A stretch of DNA of 64,000 nt from Basidiobolus meristosporus CBS 931.73. Its lineage: Eukaryota; Fungi; Basidiobolomycota. Location of the stretch: contig MCFE01000141.1 in NCBI GenBank assembly GCA_002104905.1, positions 62,001 through 126,000 on the forward strand, given 5' to 3'. The notes under the pieces were generated by a model that was not told the origin of the DNA, did no database searches, and saw only the letters and a program-made list of their open reading frames with translations. A program made the translations under genes and the position numbers. This document shows positions 13,150 through 26,638 of the stretch, one piece after another; positions within the stretch are counted from its first letter, which is position 1, and each line of letters starts with the position of its first letter.

Positions 13150-14070
13150 CCTAGTTGATGAGTGCAATGCTGCAGCTTGGCCATGCTTAATTGCTGGAGG
13201 ATGCTACTGAACCAGCCTGCAGTGCTACTTGCTGATGCATTCTTTTACTTGCCATATGCTGTGGTGGGGGAGGCACTTCATGTGGGTCATCATCAGACAG
13301 TTCACCAGAAGAGACTTGCTGATGGTCAGGTGTTATGGCATGTGCAAGCGCAAGTTGCTGCGCTGGAGTGGCCCTTGGCTGAGTTTGATGTGATGCCACT
13401 TGTTGATGCAATTTGGCCCGCTCCAATGGACTTGTGACTATATGAGCAGCTTGGCAAGTTCTGGTGGTTTTGCTCTGAAGCATTCAGATTGACCCAACAC
13501 ACATTGACTCACTGCGGGGTGCTCTTGTGAAGGGTGTTGGCGTAGTTTGGACTGATATGTGCTGGCATGCTGAAGTTGCAAGGGATGGTAAGAAATCCAG
13601 CAAAGAGTGCTGGCACAATATAGATGCTGTTGCCATCAGTTTGCATTCTTCCTCCTGAAGCTCACCTTCTGATTCCTCAAGGTATTCACTTACCCTCTGT
13701 TTGATACTTTGGAACTGTTGCCTGGATGAGTCCTATGTGTGTTGCTCTTGGAAGCCACTTAGCTCTACTAATATATCACGAAATAGATTAGTCATTTGAG
13801 GCAATAACTCATTCAAAATCTCTTTGTTTCCCAGAGTTGAGGCACAAACAAATATGTCTGGCCCATACTGTGCAAATTGAGAGCAAAATTGTTCACATGT
13901 GGCTTCCTCACCAAATCCCGTCACTCTCAGCTCATTCTTGATTTCAATATTTGTCTAGTTATATATCTTCTTACATACATCTGCTGACATCTTGATGTAG
14001 AACTCATGCCACAGCTTTCTACTCAGGTTCCTCCATCTCTGTCAGCTTTCTGAGGTATCCAGTTCTGCTA
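13150..14070 (-). pseudogene. Decayed ORF of unknown origin (probably TE-encoded)
   Basis: Long, mostly open reading RWRNLSRKLWHEFYIK...NELRVTGFGEEATCEQFCSQFAQYGPD... leads into low-complexity Q/A/P/S sequence (ORFs 13733-13924 and 13187-13483) with scattered stops; CpG-depleted. Confidence 0.35.
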
Positions 14071-14099
14071 GATTAATGGGTTGTGCCCAAATATTTGTA

Positions 14100-15210
14100 T
14101 GAAGGCTCAATGTAACAGCAGAGCAACACCAGAGAGTCTTTGAAGCACAACAACAGAGGCAAAAGATGATGCCCACAGAAAAACCTATCACAACAAGGGA
14201 GGGAGAGACTGTGGTGTCTGTGCCCAAGCCCAAAAATCAAAAGACATTGATGATCTGTGAAGCTGTTGAGTGCAATAATGAAGAATGGGCTAATATATGA
14301 GGGGCTATTAGTGGTCTGACATAGCACCACTTTAAAGCTATCATACCATGGGACCATCTGAATCTCAAGGCCAAGAAGAATGTGCTTGACCTGGCCCATA
14401 AGCATTATCCTGGACTCAAGCAAGCAATGATATCTTGGGCCATCATTGGAATGCTAAGAAAGTATCTCAAGTATATAATGTGCATAAACAAAGGAACAAG
14501 GGTGCCATAGCTAATACCAGTGGTTTCCTTAGATGCTTGTCATAAGCAGGGCAGGAAGCTCCAAACAAGTGGCAAAGAAGCATCAGGTTGCCAGAAGAGT
14601 GTCAGTTGGGGACAGGCAGGCAGAAACAGATGTATCAACGCAGCATTTATCAAGGAGAAAATACAGTTCAATATATGAAGCACTCAGTCACAGTAGCAGT
14701 GAAGACTTGACAGTGATAATCCCCCAAGGCTTTCTCAAGAGACTGTTACAAGCTGGGCTGGAAGTTCTGAACAAGTGAAAAAGAAACATCAGGTTGCTGT
14801 GTGAGTGTTGGCAATCAAAAAGCAGGCAATAATGGATACATCAGTGCAGCATTCATCATGGAGAAGGTAAAGTACAATTCATGAGGCACTTGGTCATAGT
14901 AGCAGTGAAGGACCTGACTTTGATAACAACACAAGGTTTTCATGGGAGCCTGGTACAAGCAGGGCTGATAATTCCAAGCAAGCAGCAAAGAGCTGTCAGA
15001 CTGCAAGGAGAGTGCCTGCAAGGGACAGGCAAGCAAAATAGTTGCACCAGTGCAGCATTCATTAAGTAAAAACAGAGTACAATACAAAAAGCACCCAGTC
15101 AAAGTAGCAGTGAAAGACCTGGCAGTAATAAAGGTAATGCTAAAGAGAAAAAGGGCTTCCCAAGCCGGAGTTAGGAAAGCATGAGAAAAAGTTGCAGTGC
15201 TTACCAACTA
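14100..15210 (+). mobile_element. Decayed accessory ORF of a DNA transposon with three ~207-bp internal repeats; homologous to 59500-60140 (-)
   Basis: Shared strings TTTGAAGCACAACAACAG...TGCCCACAGAAAAACCTATCAC and CAAAGTAGCAGTG-AAGACCTGGCAGT-ATAAAGG occur in both places. Confidence 0.6.
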
Positions 15211-15304
15211 ATGCCATCAGCCCAGAGCAGGCTGAATCCTATCATAGCCTAGAGGCATTACCAACAAGAAAGCAGCTGTTTTGTCAAGAGTAAGAAGAAC
15301 AGCC

Positions 15305-18300
15305 AGTTTTCAAACTTCTCTTTAGCTATTGATTTGGTATATATGTCTGTAATCATTTCATCTGAAGGACAGTAAACTAAGCTAACTGAGTTATTCTCCA
15401 TAGCTTCACATATGAAATGATGTCTAATATCTATGTGCTTAGTTCAAGCATGAAAAGTGGATTTCTACCTGATTGTATACATCCTTGATTATCATGAAGT
15501 ACATTAATAGGCATTTTTTGACATAGGGCTTAATCTGTAAAAAGCTTTCATGGCCACATTGCTTTTTTTGTAGCGTCACAGGCTGCCATAAACTCTGCCT
15601 CTGTGGTGGAAAGTGTTACAGTTGGTGGCTTTCTTGAATTCTATGGAATTGCTCCCTGACAGTAAAAAAAGCTGGACCCTGAGGTGGATTTTCTGTCTTT
15701 TAAGTGTTGTCCCCAGTCAGCATCAGAGTATTCCTCAAGAACCTGTTTGGAAGCCTTATAAGTGTGCCTCAGGCAGATATCTGCAGTTCCTTTTAGGTAT
15801 CTATAAGTCACTTAACTGCTGCAACATGATCAGATTTATTGTTCTAACTGTGCTGACTGACAACTCCCACCAAATATGAGATTACTAGACAGATCCAAGC
15901 ATAATATATATCAGACTGCTGACCATAGATTGATAAGGAAAGTCAGGGCTTTTAGATGGCACCAAGCTCTCCTGATTTAGTTGAGCTTTGACCAAGTTGA
16001 TGTTGGTCTCCATTGAGGTAGCTGCCAGTTTACAGTCCTTCATTTGGTACTTCTTAAGTATATCTTAAAAATACTTTGATTGGCTTAGGGTGATAGTCTG
16101 GGTACTTCTGTCTATGGAGAACTTTATCCCTAGGTAGTAATTGAGTTCTTCTAGATTAGACTTCTTGTGCTCTTTAGATAGGCAGGATTTAGACTCTTCT
16201 ATGTTTCTAGGTTATTAGCAGCTATAATAAGATCATCCACATATAGAGCTAATAGAACTGGACTTACTGTATCAAGCATATAGCATAAACTAGAGTCAGC
16301 ATAACTCCTTTTGAAACTCAAAGATTCCAAATAAGAATCTATCTTGCAATTACAGGCTTATGGTGATTGTTTGAGACCATGTAAACACTTTTTGAGCTTG
16401 CAGACCAAATGGGGGTTATCTTAGTCAACAGGCCCATCAGTCAGGTCCATACATGCATCCTGCTCAAGTTCTCCACTCAAAAATGCAGTTTACATCCATT
16501 ATATGTATAAAAAACTTACAATAGGTTCAATGGCCAATAAAAATCTGGTTAAATTAGACTTGGCTAGCGGTGCAATGGTCTCTGTATAGTCAAGTCCTTT
16601 TGTTTGAGAGTATCCTTTGGCAACAAGTTGTGCATTGTATCTTTAAATTGTATGATCAGCCTTATACTTGAACTGCTATTATAGAGTCCTCTAGAGTGAA
16701 AAAGCTTTCATTATTTTGCTCTGATTCAATCCTGACTATTGGTAGACTTGAGATCAGATTTTTGTCATGATCTGAAGTCATCTTTTGTGAGAATTTTCAA
16801 TTCTCATCAGAGAACACATCCCTGGAACTGATCAGCTTCTTGGCTTTGGTATTGTAGAGTCATTATGTCTTACTCTCATTGCAGTAGTCCAGAAATATGG
16901 ATTTTACACTTTTTGGCTCAATTTTTGGCTGATTTCTGGGCAGATTTTGGCATATGCTGTACACCAAAATATTCTGGGATGTTCTGCACTTTGTTTGTAT
17001 TCATACCATAAGTCAAATGGAGTAGAATCTCAAAGTATTCTGATATAACTCCTATTTTTCAGATATACAGCTGTGGCAACCAATTCTACCCAAGAATCAT
17101 AGGTTAATTTGTGATTAAGGATCATTGATCTTACCCAATCAATTATGGATCTATTTGTATATTCTGCTTCTCCATTTTGTTGTGAGGAGTATGGTACAGT
17201 AGTTTCTTGCTTTATCCAGCAAGTTTTTTGAAGTAGATGATGAATTTTGAGGTATATTCTCCACCTTTGTCTGCGCATAGTTTCTTGATTTCTTCACCAG
17301 TATCTCTCTCCACCATTGCTTTAAACTCCTTAAACTTAAAAAGAGCTTCTTCCTTTCAATCAATGAGGTAGACCCTTGTGTATCCTGTATAATCATCAAT
17401 AAAAGTGATTAAATTCTTCATCTCACCTAAGGATAAATTTTGCATAGGTCAACACAGATCTGAGTGAGTTAGATCCATATTTTCTTAGTCTTGATTAACC
17501 CAGAGCTCTTGACCTGTTGTCTGATTTGTTTCCCATATATAAAGGCTTCACAGTGCTCCAAACCAACTGGGGGATCAATTTTTACATCAAAAATTAGCTG
17601 ATCTTTGACCATTTTGCGCAAATAATCAAAATTGATGTGCCCCAATCTTCTGTGCCAAAGCATTGGTGCTTCTTCATCAGGTTATTTATATTGGCTTCCA
17701 GATATGATGGACTATAAGTCAACTTGTATAGATTCTGATCTCTGATACCCAAAGCAATATGGGCACCATTGTGATCAGTGATCCTGCATCCAGAACTGTC
17801 AATGCCAAAACTGAGTCCTTCTGAAGTGGCCTTGCTCACAGAAAGTAGATTCTTGGCTATTTCTGGTACATAGGATACTTCTTTAATGGTTGGTGTATGG
17901 CTTCCTTCACTGCTTCTAAAGTATACTTGGATGGTTACTTCTCCTACTGCATCAAGTGCTCTCTGTCACCCATGAAAAGCTTCTTAGTTGGAATTCTTGT
18001 TATTGGGTAAAAGACTTGTTCCATTACATAGTGCCACATTGAGCCATGAGTGCCAAATGATGCCATAGTGTGCCAGAGAGGTCAGGTGAGCCTATACTTG
18101 GCCACAGAGTGTGAAACATAGCTCTGTATCTTCATGTAAAGCAGCCCCTGTGTTTCACCCATTGCGCAGGAGAAAATCCATTTTTTGACCTTTTTTTGTG
18201 GATCAATGTAGCTCAGGATGTGTGAGAGCACAGGAGAACTGAAGATATGCATCTGGTACTCAATACCCATGGCACTCTGAATCTAGCTCCTGTAGCTTGT

Positions 18301-20019
18301 ATCATGTCACAAAAATGAATGGCACTATCTTGGTCCACTGGTACTATCTGGCACTATAAGTGCTTTGTATAGATCTTACTTTAGGGCTAATATTTAAATA
18401 TAGTGCCAGATAGTACCAGTGGACCAAGATAGTGCCATTCATTTTTGTGACATGATACAAGCTACAGGAGCTAGATTTAGAGTGCCATGGGTATTGAGTA
18501 CCAGATGCATATCTTCAATCTGCTTGTGCTCTATCATATCCTGCACAACATTGATCCACAAAAAAAGGTCAAAAAATAGATTTTCTCCAACACAATGGGT
18601 GAAATACAGGGGCTGCTTTGTATGAAGATGCAGAGCTATGTTTCACACCCTGTGGCCATGTAGAGGCTCAATTGGCCTCTCCGGCACACTATGGCATCAT
18701 TTGGCACTCATGGCCCAATGTGGCACTATCCAACGGAACAAGTCTAAAGAGTTCACTTTAGTTTGTAAAGTGTTGAGATGCCTATTGTGTGATGATAGGC
18801 TCCAGAGTCAATATACTATGTCTGAGAATCCTTGTTTGTGGTCATATTTAGTGCAGATATGAGTAGTCTATCTTGTGTTGTTAAAGCATTTCCAGGCTTC
18901 TTTTGCTGATTATCTCTCTTTCCAAGACATTGGTCTGATGTGTATCCTTTCCTTTTGCAGTAATGCAAAACAGGTTGCTTTAGCCTTTATAGGGTCTGGG
19001 GTAACTCCTATGTTAGTTATCATGGCTTATTAAAGCATTTTCTACTTCCTTCTTATTGGTGCTTGATTAGCTTAATTCTTCATTCAGGAGCCTTCCATAT
19101 ACATAATTTATGGTCAAATCTTCATTTCTAGACTTGAGGGCTAATACAAAGCTTTGAAATATGTCTGTCAGGCTATTCAGGATAGTTACTTGCATATCCT
19201 CATCAGCAGTTGGTATGCCCACAGATTCTATCTCATCCACCAGCACATTAATTCTGTTATTTAGATTTTTCATTTCTACTCCTGGCAGCATCTTTGAAGT
19301 AAAGATTTTCTGTCTAAGATACACTTTCTTGGCAGCTGAACATGGCTGGTAGGTGTCTGCCAATGCCTTCCAGGCATTAATTGCTGTTTTTGCTCTTGGG
19401 CATTGAATTAGCAACTTGTCATTGATGCTAAGGCAAGTGCAGTCAAAGGCACTTTGCTCTTTTTTCTGGTACTCTAAGAATTCCTCTCCTGCACTTTTGG
19501 GGGGGATTCTTCTCCCATGACACTATCTCAGACACCTCTTTCTTGTAGCAGCATTTTCATCTTTGCCTTCACACTTGGTAGTTATATTCATCCCCCTTTT
19601 CAGCAGAGGGAAAGTTCCAGTAATAGCAGTAGTAGACATTGCAGAGAGTGACAGCTTGGGGCTCATAACCTGTTGTAAGAGTTTTACCCATATTGGAAGT
19701 GACTGGGAGGACAAATAGATTATGTGGTTTTCACATTATGATTTATTGAATGCAAAAGTATTTTTTATACTTTTACATGATCTTGGCATAACAAGCACAT
19801 AGAATAGTCTTAAGAAAGTCCCAAGAGCATGGGTGCAAAGTTTGGGGCTGCTTGGACAAGTTTGAGGATTTTCATGTTGTGGGTACCTGGTATTTTGATG
19901 AAAATAATCAAAGTAAATCCCAAGAAGGAACTTGGTCAGTATTCTCTAGGACTTGAAGGTAATGATTCAAGTGACAAAGTTAGGTGCATATTTAGAAGGA
20001 ATTGCAAATTTTTTCAACA
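15305..20019 (-). mobile_element. Copia-A element 1: 5' LTR 19671-20019, PBS 19659-19670, gag, PR, INT, RT, RNase H; 3' end truncated; foldback insert at 18012-18745
   Basis: ORFs 19067-19414 (gag), 17469-17663 (LWHRRLGHIN), 17030-17278 (integrase); reverse complement of GGTTATGAGCCC abuts the LTR; many stops and frameshifts. Confidence 0.9.
18012..18745. mobile_element. Non-autonomous foldback/TIR element, 734 bp (arms ~340 bp, spacer ~50 bp), TSD AAA
   Basis: Ends AGACTTGTTCC...GGAACAAGTCT; arms 18012-18358 and 18409-18745 are reverse complements; removing the element and one AAA restores Copia-A sequence. Confidence 0.92.
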
Positions 20020-20035
20020 ATCTCAACTAAGAAAC

Positions 20036-20382
20036 TGTTGTAAGAGTCTTAGTGATGTGGGAAGTGATGGGAGTGCCATTGGATTATGTGGTTTTCACTT
20101 GATGATTCATTGAATATGAAAGTGGTGCTTATAATTTTACATGATCTTTGCTTTACACACATGTAAAATAGACTTAGCAAGGTCTCAAGAACATGTGTGC
20201 AAAGCTTAGGGCTGCTTGTATAATTTTAAGAATTTTCATGTTCTGGGTACCTGATGTTTTGGTGAAATATTCTAGTTAAGTCCCATCAAGGAATGTGGTT
20301 AGTATCTTCTAGGAGCTGAAGATATTGATTTAAGTGGCCAAGTTAGGTGAATATTTTGGTGGAATTACAACTTATCACCACA
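20036..20382 (-). mobile_element. Copia-A solo LTR (347 bp), TSD GAAAC/GAAAT
   Basis: TGTTGTAAGAGTC...ACCACA; the flanks rejoin a plus-strand Copia-A pol sequence (EET-MLWHRRFGH region). Confidence 0.85.
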
Positions 20383-22236
20383 GAAATAACAATGTCCTGG
20401 GACAGGAGATTTGGACACTTTAATTTTAACTATATGTGCAAAATGATCAAAGATCAGCTAGTTTCTGGAGTGAAAATCAATCTCCCAGCATGTTTAGAGC
20501 ACTTTGAGGCCTGAAAATGTAAAAAACAAGTCAGACAGTCACTCATGAGCTAGGGTCAGTTGGAACTAAGAAAAAACTTGAAATATTTACTCATATCTGT
20601 GTAGGCCTATGCAGAAGTTTTGTGTAAGTGGAACATTTATAATTTTAATGATAATTGTACTATAAATATGTAGGTCTACTTCACAGAAAGGAAGGAAGAA
20701 GCTATGCCTAGGCTCAGGGAGATTAAAGCAGTGGTGATGAGAGAAACTGTTGAGAAAATCAAGAAAATACACTCTGATAATTGTGAGAATATGCCTCAGA
20801 ACTATTCATCCATGTATGCAAAGTTCTTGGAATAAAGCAGGTGGCTACTGTACTATACTCTTTACAGAAGAATAGAGTATTGTAACATGCAAGCATATTA
20901 CTAATTGATATGGCAAGCTATATACTACATGATCAAATCTATCTTATGATTTTTGGGCAGAACTGGTTGCTACAGCTTTATATCCCATAAATGGGGTTAT
21001 AGCTGTGTACACTGTAATTCTAGTCCATGTAAGGCATTGTCTTAATACCAAGTCCAGAATATATAGGAATATGAGGGTGCATTGCATATGCAAAGAAACT
21101 GCCCAGAATTTATTCAAATTTTAACTAAAAAGTGTAAAATGCATATTTTGAGGCTACTCAATGTGAGTAAGACATACAGACTTTACAATACCAAAGCATA
21201 GAAGCTGATCAAGTCTTGGGGAGTGTCTGCTGATAAAATTTCCAAATTTTTCCAAAAAATGACATTATTGGATGACAAAATACTATCTCAGGTCCACCAA
21301 TGGTTGGCATTAAAGCAGAGTAAACAATTAGAGTTTTTCCACTCCAGAGGACTCTAAAGTCATGGTTCAGCCAGAATCAGTGCCTAAAAATATTCTAGAA
21401 GTGATTATTACAGTATTACAAGCCAGGAGATCCAATGGGACCAGAAATAGCCCAAATTTAGCTAACTAAACTAAGCCTATTCCTATTCAATCCATATTGA
21501 TGAGGCCCAAACTGTAAAGAGGCCCTAAATAGCCTGTAGACAGAGCTTTGGAGATCTGCAATGACTGAGAAGTCCCAGGCCCTGATGGAAAATCAAACAT
21601 GTAACTTAGTCATATTACTAATCAACTAAACATTGACTGGATGAAGACTGGTCTTCACAACAAGATACAAGGCAGCTGGTGCAATTGAAAGGCACAAAGC
21701 AAAACTTATGGCCAAAAGATAATCTCAAGCAAAAGGACTGGACCACGCTGAAACCTTTGCGCTGGTAGCTGAGTTTAAATCTATTAGACTAATATTGGCT
21801 ATTGCAGCCAAATACAAGTTTTTTATACATCAAATGGATGTAAGAACTATATTTGTGAAAGAAGAGCTTGATGAGGGCATGTGCATAGACCGGCATGCCT
21901 AGTTTGCTGACCAAGATAACCTCCATTTGGTCTGCAAGCTTAAAAATCTCCACATGGTCCAAAGCAATCACCCTGAGCCAGGAATGGCAAGAGAGAATCT
22001 TATTGAGGTCTTTGAGTTTCCAAAGACTGTGGACTATTGTATCTACTATATGCCAGATAGTGCAAGCCCTTTTCTATTAGCGCAATATGTGATGATCTTA
22101 TTATAGCCACCAATAGCCAAGAAACATTGGAAGCAACTAAATCCAGCCCATCTGAGGAGCTCAAGAAGTCCAATCTAGGAGAGCACAGTTACTACTTATG
22201 GATATAGTTCTCCATACATATAAGTACCCATACTAT
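20383..22236 (+). mobile_element. Older Copia-A pol relic (INT-RT), host of the 22237-30854 insertion; resumes at 30855-31341
   Basis: Colinear with other Copia-A pol copies but more stop-ridden; sequence AAGTACCCA-ACTAT-TGCCCTATGCCAATCC is split by the insertion. Confidence 0.8.
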
Positions 22237-22756
22237 TGTTGTAAGAGTCCTGGAGAAGTCAAAAGTGATTGGGAGGACAAGTAGATTATGTGGTCTTTAC
22301 TTTATGACTTATTGAATGTAAAAGTAGTTTTATACTTTTACATGGTCTTGGCATTATAAGCATGTAGAATAGGTTAAGAAAGGTCCCAAGAACATGTGTG
22401 CAAAGTTTGGGGCTGTTTGGACAACCTTGAGATTTTTCATTTTCTGCGTACCTAATATTTTGGTGGAAGTATTCTAAGTAAATCCCAACAAGGAATTTGG
22501 TCAGTACTCTCTATGATTCTAAGGTAATAATCTAAGTGACTAAGTTGGGTGAATATTTAGGTGGAATTTTATACTTTTACAACACTTCCACTCAGCTAAA
22601 TGTTCCCACCAACTAGTCCTAATTTTACCTAAGATATTCAAGCTTGTCTCTAGCCAATGGCTTAGTATATGTGTCTGCAATCATTTCATCTGAAGGAGAG
22701 TAAACTAAGCTAACTAGGTTACTCCCTATAGCATCACATATAAAATGATGTCTAAT

Positions 22757-23491
22757 AGACTTGTTCTGTCGGATAGTGCCACATTGAGCCATGTGTGCCA
22801 AATGATGCCATAGTGTGCCAGGGAGGCCAAGTGAGCCTACACTTGGCCATAGGGTGTGAAACATATCTCTGCATCTTCATGCAAAGCAGCCCCTGTGTTT
22901 CACCCATTGTGTAGGAGAAAATCCTTTTTTTTTGACCTTTTTTTTTAGGTCAATGTTGTACAGGATGTGTAAGAGCACAGAAGAACTGTTGACATGCATC
23001 TGGTATTCAATGCCCATGGCACTCTGAATCTAGCTCCTGTGGCTTGTAACATGTCACAAAAATGCATGGCACTATCTTGGTCCACTGGTACTATCTGGCA
23101 CTACAAGTGCCTTCTACTGATCTTACTTTAGGGCTAATAATTAAATATAGTGCCAGATAGTACCAGTGGACCAAGATAGTGCCATGCATTTTTGTGACAT
23201 GTTACAAGCCACAGGAGCTAGATTCAGAGTGCCATGGGTATTGAGTATCAGATGCATATCTTCAATCCTTTTGTGCTCTTACACATCCTGCACAACATTG
23301 ATCCGCAAAAAACACCAAAAAATGGATTTTCTCCTGCATCATGGGTGAAACACAGGGGCAACTTTGCATGAAGATGCAGAGCAATGTTTTACACTCTGTG
23401 GCCAAGAATAGGCTCACTTGGCCTCTCTGGCACACTATGGCATCATTTGGCACTCATTGCTCAATGTGGCACTATCCAACAAAACAAGTCT
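22757..23491. mobile_element. Non-autonomous foldback/TIR element, 735 bp, second copy, TSD AAT
   Basis: AGACTTGTTC...AAACAAGTCT; colinear with 18012-18745; the empty site GATGTCT-AAT-ATCTATG matches other Copia-A RNase H copies. Confidence 0.92.
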
Positions 23492-26400
23492 AATATCTAT
23501 GTGCTTAGCTCCAGCATGAAAAGCTGGGTTTTCACCTAATTGTATACATCCTGGATTATCTTGAAGTAAAGTAATAGGCATTTTTTGACATAGGCCTAAA
23601 TCTGTAGAAAGCTTTCTTAACCACATTGCTTCTGTTGTAGCTTCACAGGTTGCCATATACTCTGTCTTTGTGGTAGAAAGTGCTATGGTGAGTTGCTTTC
23701 TTGAATTCCATGAAATTGCTTGTTGACAGGAAAGAAAGGAGTATCCTGTGGTGGATCCTCTGTCTTCCAAATATTGTCCCCAATCAGCATCAGAGTATCC
23801 CACAAGATCCTGTTCTGCATCCTTATAAGAGTATCTTAAGCAGATATCAGCAGTTCCTCTTAGGTATCTAAAAATCTGCTTAACTGCTGCAATTTGATCA
23901 GATCCATAGTTCTGAGTATGCTGGCTGACAACTCCAACTGAATAAGAGATATCTGGACATGTTCCAAGCATGATATACATCAGACTGCTGATCACAGATT
24001 GATGAGGAAAGTCAGGGCTTTCAGATCACACCAAGCTCTCTGTATTTGGTTGAGTTTTGACCAAGTTAAGGTTTGACTCCATATAGGTAGCTGCTGGTTT
24101 ACAGTCTTCCATTTGGTACTTGTTTAGTATATCTTGAATATACTTGGATTGGCTTAGGGTAATAATCTAGGTGCTTCTGTCTATGAAGAACTTAATCCCT
24201 AAGTAGTAACTGCTTTCTCTTAGATCTGACATCTTGAACTCCTTAGATAGGATAGATTTAATCTCTTCCAATGTTTCTAGGTTATTGGCAGCTATTATAA
24301 GACCATCCATATACAGAGCTAATAGAACTCAAACTTCTCTATCTCACATATAGTATGTTCTATAGTCAGCATTAATCCTTTTGAAACTCAAAGATTCCAA
24401 ATAGGTTTTTATCCTGCAATTCCAGGTTCTTGGTGATTGCTTAAGACCATATAGAGACTTTTTAAGCTTGCAGACTAAATGGGGGCTACCTTGGTCAACA
24501 AACCCATCAGGCTGGTCCATATATATGTCCTCATCAAGTTCTCCATTCAAATATGCAGTTTTACATCCATTTTAAAAATAAAAAATTCATATTTGGCTGC
24601 AATAGCAAATATAGATCTGATGGAATTAAACTTGGCTACTGGTGCAAAGGTCTCAGTATAGTCTAGTCTGTTTATTTGAGAGTATCCTTTGGCCACAAGT
24701 CTTGTTTTGTATCTTTCAACTGAACCATCAGCCTTGTATTTTGTCTTAAAGACCCATCTACTTCCAAATGATTTTTTGTTGATTGCTAATTTGACCAAGT
24801 CCCAAGTTTGATTTTCCATCAGGGCCAGATATTCCTCAGTCATTGTAGATCTCCAAAACTTTGTCTGAGGGCTATTTGGGGCCACCTTTACAGTCTGGGG
24901 CTCATCAATATGGACTGAATAGGCATAGGCTAAGTTTGTACCCTCATTGATAGAGTAACTTGGGCTATTTCTGTTGTAAGAGTCTTGGAGATATTGGAAG
25001 TGATTGGGAAGACAAGTAGATTTTATGGTTTTCACTTTATGACTTATTGAATGTGAAAGTAGTATTTACTTTTACCTGGTCTTGGCATTACAAACATATA
25101 GAATAGGTTAAGGAAGGTCCCAAGAACATGTATGCAAAGTTTGGGGCTGTTTGGACAACTTTGAGAATTTTCATGTTCTGGGTACCTGGTATTTTGGTGA
25201 AAATATTCCAAGCAAATCCCAACAAGGAATTTGGTCAGTATTCTCTAGGATTTGCGGGTAATGATCTAAGTGACTAAGGTAGGTGAATATTTAGGTGGAA
25301 ATACAAATTTTTACAACACTCCCACTCAGCTAAATGTTCATACTGACTAGTCCTAATTTCAACCTAAGATATTCAAACTTGTCTCTCGCTAATGGTTTGG
25401 TAAATATGTCTGCAATCATTTCATCTGTCGGACAGTAAACTAAGCTAACTAAGTTATTCTCTATAGCTTCACATATGAGATGATGTCTAATATCTATGTG
25501 CTTGGTTCTAGCATGAAAAGTTGGATTTCTACCTAATTGTATACATCCTTGATTATCTTGAACTAAAGTAATAGGCATTTTTTGACATAGGCCTAAATCT
25601 GTAAAAAGCTTTCTTAACCACATTGCTTCTTTTGTACCTTCACAGGCTGCCATATACTCTTCCTCTGTGGTGGAAAGTGTTATGGTTGGTTGCTTTCTTG
25701 AATTCCATGAAATTGCTCCTTTACAGTAAAGTAAGGTGTATCCTGTGGTGGATCTTCTGTCTTCTAAATTTTTGCCCAATCAGCATCAGCGTATCCCACA
25801 GGATCCTGTTCTAAAGCCTTATAAGTGTATTTTAAGCAGATATCAGCACTTCCTTTTAGGTATCCAAAAATCCGCTTAACTGCTGCAATATGATCAGATC
25901 CATAGTTCTGATTATGTTGGCTGACTACTCCCACTGAATATGTGATATCTGGACATGTTCCAAGCATAATATACAGCAGATTGCCTACCATATATAAATA
26001 AGGAAAGTCAGGGCTTTCAGATGGCACCAAGCTCTCTTGATTTAGTTGAGTTTTGACCAAGTTAAGGTTTGTCTCCATTTAGGTAGCTGCTGGTTTACAG
26101 TCTTCCATTTGGTACTTCTTTAGTATATCTTGAATATACTTGGATTGGCTAAGGGTAATAGTCTGGGTACTTCTATCTATGGAGAACCTAATCCCTAAGT
26201 AGTAACTGAGTTATCCTAGATTGGACATCTTGAACTCCTTAGATAGGCTGGATTTAGTCTCTTCCAATGTTTCTAGGTTATTGGCAGCTATAATAAGAAC
26301 ATCCACATATAGGGCTAATAGAACTGGATTTGCTCTATCTGGATTATAGTATATACTATTGTCAGCATTACTCCTTTTGAAACTAAAAGATTCCAAATAA

Positions 26401-26638
26401 GAATCTATCTTGCAACTTCAGGCTCTTGGTGATTGTTTGAGACCATATAATGACTTTTAAGCTTGCAGACCAAATGGGGGCTATCTTGGTCAACAAACCC
26501 ATCATGCTGGTCCAAATACATGTCCTCATTAAGTTCTTCATCCAAAAATGCAGCTTTTACATCCATTTGATGAATAAAACGCTTAAATTTGGCTGCAATA
26601 GCCAATATTAATCTGATGGAATTAAACTTGGCTACCAG

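Noticed and set aside
18380-18387. Single TTTAGGG in the foldback spacer
   Set aside because: One copy is expected by chance; not a telomeric array.
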